From: Mycolicibacterium smegmatis
Lineage (GTDB): Bacteria > Actinomycetota > Actinomycetes > Mycobacteriales > Mycobacteriaceae
Length of the DNA: 32,000 bases
Direction: 5' to 3'
NCBI RefSeq assembly: GCF_001457595.1
Contig: NZ_LN831039.1
Coordinates: 420,001-452,000, forward strand
Below, in pieces: positions 1 through 5,909 of this stretch (its first letter is position 1; every line of letters begins with the position of its first letter). The notes beneath the pieces were generated by a model that was given only the letters and a program-made list of their open reading frames with translations, was not told the DNA's origin and searched no databases. The position numbers and the translations under genes were made by a program.

Positions 1-461
1 TCGACGACCCGGAACGGGATGTCCACGTCCGGATCGGCGATCAGACCGACACGAGCTTCCTCAGCAGCGTCGACGACGAGTTCGGGCCGTTCGACGTGAT
101 CCTCGACGACGGTGGCCATACGCCCAACCAGATGATCTCTTCGTTCCAGTTCCTGTTCCCGAGACTGAAGCCGGGCGGCGTGTACCTTGTGGAGGACGTG
201 TGCGCGAACTACTGGATGGGTTATCGCGATCGTCCCGACACGTTCATCGACTTCACGAAAACGCTCATGGATGCCATACACGCGCCATACATGGCGCTGC
301 GCTCACCATTCGACTTCATGGAGGAGCATCCAGATCGCGTCGACCACGTGCAGGTTCCGTTCGCGGCGACGATTGTCGACAGCATCCAGGTGTTCGACTC
401 GGTGGTTGTCGTCCATCGGTCGAAGGAGCCGAAGCCGTTGCCGCGGACGGTGTATCGGTAG
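1..461 (+). CDS. SAM-dependent methyltransferase, C-terminal part (5' end lies left of the window); probable GPL sugar O-methyltransferase
   Basis: Frame 3 is open from base 3 to TAG 459-461 (DDPERDVHVRIGDQTDTSFLSSVDDEFGPFDVILDDGGHTPNQMISSFQFLFPRLKPGGVYLVEDV...), so the ORF runs off the left edge. The FDVILDDGGH ... LKPGGVYLVED blocks look like the distal SAM-methyltransferase motifs of the CmcI / rhamnosyl O-methyltransferase type. It lies next to other GPL tailoring genes. Confidence 0.7.
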   Translation, partial: DDPERDVHVRIGDQTDTSFLSSVDDEFGPFDVILDDGGHTPNQMISSFQFLFPRLKPGGVYLVEDVCANYWMGYRDRPDTFIDFTKTLMDAIHAPYMALRSPFDFMEEHPDRVDHVQVPFAATIVDSIQVFDSVVVVHRSKEPKPLPRTVYR

Positions 462-479
462 ACCCGACAACCTTCGGGT
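462..479 (+). terminator. Weak hairpin directly after the stop of the partial methyltransferase gene
   Basis: ACCCGA (462-467) pairs with TCGGGT (474-479) around a 6-nt loop and is followed by TT. The stem is only 6 bp. Confidence 0.25.
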
Positions 480-672
480 TTGCCGAGCTGGTCCTCGTTG
501 TCCATTGAGCGTCGTCGGCGGATTCTTTGTCCGATCGCTGCGTTAGCTTGTCGGGTGTGCGTGTGGGAGTGTACTGCCCGAATTGCCGTGGCGGCAAGAG
601 CAATCGGACTGGGCCAGGGAGTGCCGTGCGGTGAAGTTGCTGCAGCATCGGCGTTGTCTCCACGGCGAAGCG

Positions 673-1488
673 ATGTGCCGCGGTGTTATGGTTGCCGCCG
701 TGCCGACTCGATTGTCGTTTCCCGCCCGTCTGAAGATGTTGGCCGTACGTGGCGAATATTGGCTCGCGCGCACCATTTTGCGGGACGTGTATTCGAACGA
801 TGCGTTGATCACGTTCAATACGCATGCGTTCATGGAAGATCCGGATTTCCAGCGCGCGTACGAGCGCGGTGCGAAGGCACTCGGCGACATGGACTGGTAT
901 CAGTGGCACTGGCGCGTGCACGTGGGGCTGTGGGCGGCAGCGAGTGCGAGCAAACTCGAGGGTGACTTCGTCGAATGTGGCGTCAGCTATGGCTTTCTGA
1001 GCAGCGCCATCATGGAGTACCTCGACTGGAACAGTCTCGAAAAGACGTTCTATCTTCTCGACACCTTCACCGGGTTGGATCCGCGGTACGTATCAGCGGT
1101 CGAGCGCGAATCGGGTGCCCTTGAGACGAGCGAGGCGCACCTGCGTGACGGTCTATATGTCGATTCCGTCGACAGCGTCCGCGCCAACTTCTCGGAATGG
1201 AAAAACCATCGGATCATCGTCGGTGCTGTCCCCGACACGCTCGATCAGGTCGATGCCGAAAAAGTGGCGTACCTGCACATCGACATGAACTGCGCGCCTC
1301 CTGAGGTCGCCGCGCTGCGCTACTTCTGGCCCCGCCTGACGCCCGGCGCGTTCGTCCTCCTGGACGACTACGCCAACAGGGGCCGTGAGGAGCAGCGCAT
1401 CGCCATGGACGAGGTCGCGAAAGAACTCGGCGTGATGGTCTGCACCCTGCCCACGGGGCAGGGGCTGATCATCAAACCGGCAGCCTGA
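673..1488 (+). CDS. TylF/MycF-family O-methyltransferase (GPL tailoring)
   Basis: The frame is open over 583-1488. Codon 583 is TTG and is an unlikely start. ATG 673, ATG 688 and ATG 736 are all possible, so the start is uncertain by about 60 nt. Hallmark TylF blocks are present: VECGVSYGFLS (glycine-rich SAM loop) and HIDMNCAPPEVAALRYFWPRLTPGAFVLLDDY (acidic metal/SAM block). Stop TGA 1486-1488. Confidence 0.8.
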   Translation: MCRGVMVAAVPTRLSFPARLKMLAVRGEYWLARTILRDVYSNDALITFNTHAFMEDPDFQRAYERGAKALGDMDWYQWHWRVHVGLWAAASASKLEGDFVECGVSYGFLSSAIMEYLDWNSLEKTFYLLDTFTGLDPRYVSAVERESGALETSEAHLRDGLYVDSVDSVRANFSEWKNHRIIVGAVPDTLDQVDAEKVAYLHIDMNCAPPEVAALRYFWPRLTPGAFVLLDDYANRGREEQRIAMDEVAKELGVMVCTLPTGQGLIIKPAA

Positions 1489-1507
1489 CCGTCGGCACCG
1501 CGGGCCC

Positions 1508-2731
1508 TCAGACGATGTGAACCTGGGGTACGTAGACGATCCAGCGGCCGCCCTTCTCCTGGAAGAGTCGCTCCTTGCCCATGATCTCCTCTGCGTGATT
1601 CCACGCGAACAGCAACGCGTAGTCCGGGTACGGGTCGGCGAACGCATCGGGCGGGCAGACCGGGATCAGCGACATCGGCGTCACCCGCCCCTGTTTTTCC
1701 GGTGTCGAGTCGCAGACCATCGGCAGTAGGTCGGGGCCGATACCGCAGTAGTTGAGCACGGTGGCGCTCCTCGACGTCGCGCCGTAGCCGACAACGCGTT
1801 TACTGTCGGAGCGGAGTTTCTCCAGTAGGGATACCAGGTCTGTCTTGATGCGGCCGACCTCACCGGCGAACCGTTCGAACGCTTCCTCCCCGGCCAGTCC
1901 TTCGGCTTGTTCCTTCGCGAGAAGTTCTGACACCGCGGCGCTCGGCACCCTCGTCCCTCGCCGTGCCACGGTGTATCGGATCGAACCGCCGTGGAGCGGC
2001 AGATGTTTGGCGTCGACGAGTTCGAAGCCGAAATGCTCGGCCATGGCCTTCACCGAGGTCACCGAGAAAAGGTAGATGTGTTCGTCGTAGATCTGGTCGA
2101 AGTAGTTGTGCCGGATTATGTCGGCCAGGGAACGGTCTTCGAAGACGAACGAACCATCGGGGCGCAGCAGGGTGTCGACGCCTTTGAAGATCGTCGCCAG
2201 ATCCGAGATATGACTGAATGTGTTCGCCGAGAAGATGATGTTCGCAGGCCCCTGCTCGGCGTAGATCTCCTCCGCAGTGGATGCATTGAAGAAATCGGTG
2301 CGGACATTGATGCCGTGTGAACGTGCGACCTCACCCGCACTCGCAGCCGGATCGACACCGAGGTGCCGCACGCCCGCGGCGCTCAACGTCTTCAGCATGA
2401 CGCCGTCGTTGCTTCCGATCTCGACGATGAAGGTGTTCTGGAGGTCCGCGCATGTGTCTATGATCTGACGCGCGACCTCTTCGAAGTGCTTGCGGATCAT
2501 CATGGAGCCCGACGCGCGGTAGGGATAATCGGCCCGGTACATGTCGTTCGGCGGTACGGTCTCAAGTTGCTGCACCATGGTGCACGTCTCGCAGGAACCG
2601 ATTGCGAGTCGGAAGACAGGCACGTTACCGGCGTCTTCTCGCTTGACGAACGCGTTCGAGACAGGTTGTCGGCCGAGATCGAGCACCTGGCGTAGAACAC
2701 CGCCGCAAATACGACACCTGTAGTCGGTCAC
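1508..2731 (-). CDS. Zinc-ribbon SAM methyltransferase of the TylCIII/NovU (NDP-hexose methyltransferase) architecture; GPL sugar methylation candidate
   Basis: 407 aa. The GTG start (plus-strand CAC 2729-2731) is preceded by AGGGGG ending 4 nt upstream, and the stop is TGA (TCA 1508-1510). It has an N-terminal Cys4 ribbon (CRICGG ... CETC), SAM motif I VEIGSNDG, and a long C-terminal domain typical of this family. Confidence 0.85.
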   Translation of the reverse strand: MTDYRCRICGGVLRQVLDLGRQPVSNAFVKREDAGNVPVFRLAIGSCETCTMVQQLETVPPNDMYRADYPYRASGSMMIRKHFEEVARQIIDTCADLQNTFIVEIGSNDGVMLKTLSAAGVRHLGVDPAASAGEVARSHGINVRTDFFNASTAEEIYAEQGPANIIFSANTFSHISDLATIFKGVDTLLRPDGSFVFEDRSLADIIRHNYFDQIYDEHIYLFSVTSVKAMAEHFGFELVDAKHLPLHGGSIRYTVARRGTRVPSAAVSELLAKEQAEGLAGEEAFERFAGEVGRIKTDLVSLLEKLRSDSKRVVGYGATSRSATVLNYCGIGPDLLPMVCDSTPEKQGRVTPMSLIPVCPPDAFADPYPDYALLFAWNHAEEIMGKERLFQEKGGRWIVYVPQVHIV

Positions 2732-2877
2732 GCTGCCCCCTGTTATTCGGATGTCGGATCACCTGCCGACCCGCACAGCAGGCTCACCATTGCCGAAAGC
2801 CTATTGCTTTCTGGTACGACCTTCCTGCTTTTCGTGCAGAGGAGCGGAATTGCCGGGTGCCGGCACCGGCCGCGCAA

Positions 2878-4131
2878 TCACCGGCTCGATTTTTCCGCGG
2901 TTGCCTCGAAGAGATCGGCGGCCGTTCGCACGCTTGCGTCCGCCTGTGTCATTTGCGCGGCGACGGCTCGGGCGCGTATCAGGCATTCCTCGGCAAGGAC
3001 CTTGTGCAGGTCGGAGACCAAGGTCTTCGTGGTGGTGCTCGAGAATCTCCGCGCGGTGCCCACCTTCAAACGCTTGAGTTGATTACCCCAGTAAGGCTGG
3101 TCGGCTGAACTCCACAAGATCAACGTCGGTACCGCGGCGCGCAGGCTGGCCGCGGTGGTGCCGGACCCCCCGTGGTGGACCACAGCGCGGCAGGCAGGGA
3201 AGATCTCGGCGTAGTTGACCGCTCCGACAACCTTCACGTGCTGGGGGACGCGCACGCCCGTGAAGTCGGTCCCTCCGGCACAGAGCAGTGCTCGCTGACC
3301 CAGTTCGGCACACGCGGCACCGATCATCGCCAACGTGTCTGCCGGTGACGCCAGTGGAATGCTGCCCGTCGCGAAACAGATGGGAGCTGAGCCTGCTTCG
3401 ATCCATGCGGTGACCTCGGAGTCGTCCGCTGTCGGCAACCCCATGGTCAATGCACCCGTGAAGGGACGCTGAGCGCCCCACCGGGCCCATTCGGAAGCGA
3501 GGCCGGGGACAGACACCGCGTCATAGGCCTGGATCTCAAGCCACCCGTGTTCGGCGATGCGGCGTGACGCCGGGGCCGTTGCTTTCGGAAGACCGAGTTC
3601 GCGTCGCTGCATGTCTTCCACCTTTCGCGTCGACCGCCAGAGCAACCAGTCGGTCAACGTCCCACCAGAGCGCACCACGGCCGCAGGTAGCGCCGGGATC
3701 AACTTGCCGTTCGGGCGCATCGGGAAGTGGTGCAACCCGACGAGCGGAATTTTGTAGTACTCCGCGACGTTGGCGGCGGGCTGTTCGAAGTTCAGCCCTG
3801 TCGACAGCAGATCGGCGCCGTCAGCGACAGTGAAAAGGGTTTCGGCGGTGTCGGGCCAGTAGCGAGCGATCGGCGCCCACAGTTCGCGCAGCGTTCCGAC
3901 GGGATTCCGGATCACCCGGTTCCAGAATTCGCGAAGAAAGTCTTCTCGGAGAAAGTCCTCCAGCGGAGGCCCGTACGTAAGGGCTTCGAGACCCGCTTCC
4001 TTTGCAAAACCGACCAGCTCCGGCGGCACAGCCATGCGAACGCCATGACCGCGGTCCTGTAGCTCGCGCCCTATGGCGACAGACGGCTCTACGTCGCCCC
4101 GGGTTCCGTAGCATGCCAGCGCAAACTTCAT
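2878..4131 (-). CDS. GT1 (GT-B fold, MGT/Gtf-type) glycosyltransferase of the GPL locus
   Basis: 417 aa, ATG at 4129-4131 (minus), stop at 2878-2880. The N-terminus MKFALACYGTRGDVEP and the C-terminal nucleotide-sugar signature VVHHGGSGTTAASLRAAVPTLILWSSADQPYWG are typical of mycobacterial Gtf enzymes. I cannot tell from sequence alone whether it is gtf1, gtf2 or gtf3. Confidence 0.9.
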   Translation of the reverse strand: MKFALACYGTRGDVEPSVAIGRELQDRGHGVRMAVPPELVGFAKEAGLEALTYGPPLEDFLREDFLREFWNRVIRNPVGTLRELWAPIARYWPDTAETLFTVADGADLLSTGLNFEQPAANVAEYYKIPLVGLHHFPMRPNGKLIPALPAAVVRSGGTLTDWLLWRSTRKVEDMQRRELGLPKATAPASRRIAEHGWLEIQAYDAVSVPGLASEWARWGAQRPFTGALTMGLPTADDSEVTAWIEAGSAPICFATGSIPLASPADTLAMIGAACAELGQRALLCAGGTDFTGVRVPQHVKVVGAVNYAEIFPACRAVVHHGGSGTTAASLRAAVPTLILWSSADQPYWGNQLKRLKVGTARRFSSTTTKTLVSDLHKVLAEECLIRARAVAAQMTQADASVRTAADLFEATAEKSSR

Positions 4132-4329
4132 GTCGGAAGAGCCTCTCGGTTTTGTCTGTGGGTGGGATTATCGCCTACTCGAACGTGGAGACGGCCCTCG
4201 CGAGTACAGCGATCTGGGTTCTCGAGAGGCTGCCGAACGAGACTATCTGTGGGGCAGTTGGATTGACGGGCAGCTGTTGATGGGCATTCGGCAGCGGCGC
4301 TTCATCTCGCCACGCGTATAGTCGTCGGC

Positions 4330-4584
4330 ATGAACCTGGTTCGGTCGATCGAACGCGGCTTGGACTGGCTTGCGGAGCCCAAGCGGTTGCCGGGTCGGCT
4401 GGAGATGGAGACCCAGCGCGGTAAGCGGCTCGAGCTGGAAGTGGTGTCCTTCGCAGTCCGTATGCCCATCGCGGGAGGAACGGTGGTGCGTGTGCCGCTG
4501 TTCTTCATGCTCATGCCGCGTGGTTCCTCTCCGATCGAAGGGACGCATATCAACGCCGACGAAGGTCCTGACGACAGGCAATAG
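4330..4584 (+). CDS. Hypothetical 84-aa protein, possibly translated from a leaderless mRNA
   Basis: ATG 4330 lies 7 nt downstream of a TANNNT -10 hexamer (TATAGT 4317-4322) and has no SD. Hand-counted GC3 is 64/84 codons (76%), above the local base composition. The opposite-strand frames give Ser/Thr/Arg-rich nonsense. I recognise no family. Confidence 0.3.
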   Translation: MNLVRSIERGLDWLAEPKRLPGRLEMETQRGKRLELEVVSFAVRMPIAGGTVVRVPLFFMLMPRGSSPIEGTHINADEGPDDRQ

Positions 4585-5535
4585 TCTCTCGTGGTGGGAC
4601 TTTCGGTTTCGGCAAATTCGAACTTTTTCTTTTGACCGATTCACGCGATCTTTTGGCAAAAATATCGCGCGCGAAAATCCAAAAAGATCGGCTTTTGAAT
4701 AGTTATACCGCCAGGCCGAGTGACCCGCGGACACACTCCCTCGCGCGGCGAACCGGGCGGCACACGCCTGCCGTCGACTTTGCCGGTCCTGTTCAGAGCG
4801 CGCTTGCGACGACGATCGTCGCAGCGTATGAGGGGTCAATCGGTGCGCCGCCAAGTAGAGGTGATCGGCCTCACGTCGCTGCGATGGAGTGTCGGAAGCG
4901 GACGTTTCATCGGCTCACCGAAGCTTGCTGAGGCGCCTGGCGTCGCTGCGAAAAGCGCGGTGGTCTTCCCGCACGCCGTCGGTAGGTCGGCCCCCGGCGG
5001 CGGACTGTGCAATATTGCGTCTTGAACCGCGCTGAACTGCACAAACGTCCGAACTTCGGGACTTGATGAGGTGGTGACGACGCCGATTCGCGTACTCGGT
5101 AGCGAGTGACTGATGCGCAGATGTTGCCCAAGCCGCGCAAGAGTGTCGTGTCAGGGTCTGATATGTGAATGTTCATTCCGACCTGTCCGCTGTCTGAGCA
5201 CATTTTCGCAACGCATAGTGCTGGACGAAGTATCACGATGAGCAGTTGATAACGGGATCACGCGTCGATATGGCAACTTGTTGAAACTTCACCGAAAAGG
5301 ACGAATCGCGCGCAAGGGACTGCTGACAACCGATGTTGTGTTTGACTTCGATAGTTTGCTGAAATCTGCACGAGTCAGGGGTGTACCCAAACTCCTCACG
5401 GGCAGCTCAGTGACGCCACACAAGTCTCACAGAGATGCAATTTTCGCAATTGATTAGAAAGCCAATGCACTAGGCCTGAACAGGTGAAACTCTGTAGGTA
5501 AATGTCCTCGGCTAATGTTCTATGACGATCTTGAA

Positions 5536-5554
5536 GGTCGCTGGCGGGTCGCTG
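5536..5554. repeat. Direct repeat GGTCGCTG x2 with 11-bp period
   Basis: GGTCGCTG occurs at 5536-5543 and again at 5547-5554, about 100 bp upstream of the mbtH start. Confidence 0.8.
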
Positions 5555-5602
5555 ACATCCGCTTCTTCGGGAAAAGGGTTATCCCGGCGATGCGACCTAC
5601 CG

Positions 5603-5623
5603 TATGTTTGCGTTATGTTTGCG
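5603..5623. repeat. Tandem direct repeat TATGTTTGCG x2 (11-bp period) just upstream of the mbtH ribosome-binding site
   Basis: TATGTTTGCG occurs at 5603-5612 and 5614-5623. SD GGGAGA is at 5641-5646 and GTG at 5650. Confidence 0.8.
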
Positions 5624-5649
5624 ATGTCCGCTGAACAGCCGGGAGAAAC

Positions 5650-5880
5650 GTGAGCATCAACCCGTTCGATGACGACAACGGCAGCTTTTTCGTCTTGATC
5701 AACGACGAAGAGCAGCACAGCCTGTGGCCCAGCTTTGCCGACGTGCCTGCTGGGTGGCGGGTGGTTTTCGGTGAAGCAAGCCGTGCTGAGTGCCTGGAGT
5801 TTATTGAACAGAATTGGACCGATATCCGACCGAAGAGCCTGCGCGAGAGGTTGGCGCAGGGCGGGGCTCTTGACGGCTGA
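5650..5880 (+). CDS. mbtH: MbtH-like protein (NRPS adenylation-domain chaperone)
   Basis: 76 aa, GTG start with SD GGGAGA 4 nt upstream. The sequence [60 protein letters not shown] carries the invariant MbtH tryptophans and the NxExQxSxWP core. It lies immediately upstream of the NRPS. Confidence 0.95.
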   Translation: MSINPFDDDNGSFFVLINDEEQHSLWPSFADVPAGWRVVFGEASRAECLEFIEQNWTDIRPKSLRERLAQGGALDG

Positions 5881-5909
5881 GTCAAATAAGTCTGTTGGGA
5901 AGCTGAATA

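Larger units (their letters stand above)
4132..5649. promoter_or_regulatory. Long AT-rich divergent control region: glycosyltransferase promoter on the minus strand, mbtH-mps operon promoter on the plus strand
   Basis: 1518 bp without a convincing normal gene. Hand-counted G+C is 44/110 for 4601-4710 and 56/120 for 5401-5520, against roughly two-thirds in the flanking genes. It contains several repeat families (see findings). Exact promoters are not resolved. Confidence 0.55.

Noticed and set aside
583-672. TTG-initiated 5' extension of the TylF-type methyltransferase ORF.
   Set aside because: TTG is a rare start. The extension (PWRQEQSDWARECRAVKLLQHRRCLHGE) is not part of the TylF fold, and family members are about 250-270 aa. 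The exact start (673, 688 or 736) remains uncertain.
2852-2870. GC-rich near-palindrome GCCGGGTGCCGGCACCGGC just beyond the glycosyltransferase stop, as a possible terminator.
   Set aside because: The stem is imperfect (a bulged G). The perfect part (GGTGCC/GGCACC) leaves only a short 4-bp stem once a loop is allowed, and there is no U tract. Support is too weak to annotate.
4243-5236. ORFs in the AT-rich island: 4243-4854 (minus, 203 aa), 4632-4931 (+), 4720-5025 (+), 4907-5236 (minus), and also 5512-6102 (minus).
   Set aside because: Their products are Arg/Ser/Pro-rich and low-complexity. I counted GC3 of about 70% for 4720-5025, which does not exceed the local composition. There are no start-site signals. 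They overlap one another and, for 5512-6102, overlap mbtH and mps1.
4132-5649. The possibility that the AT-rich island is a degraded insertion sequence or other mobile element.
   Set aside because: I found no transposase-like ORF, no terminal inverted repeats and no flanking target-site duplication. The internal repeats are short (8-12 bp) and not arranged like IS ends.
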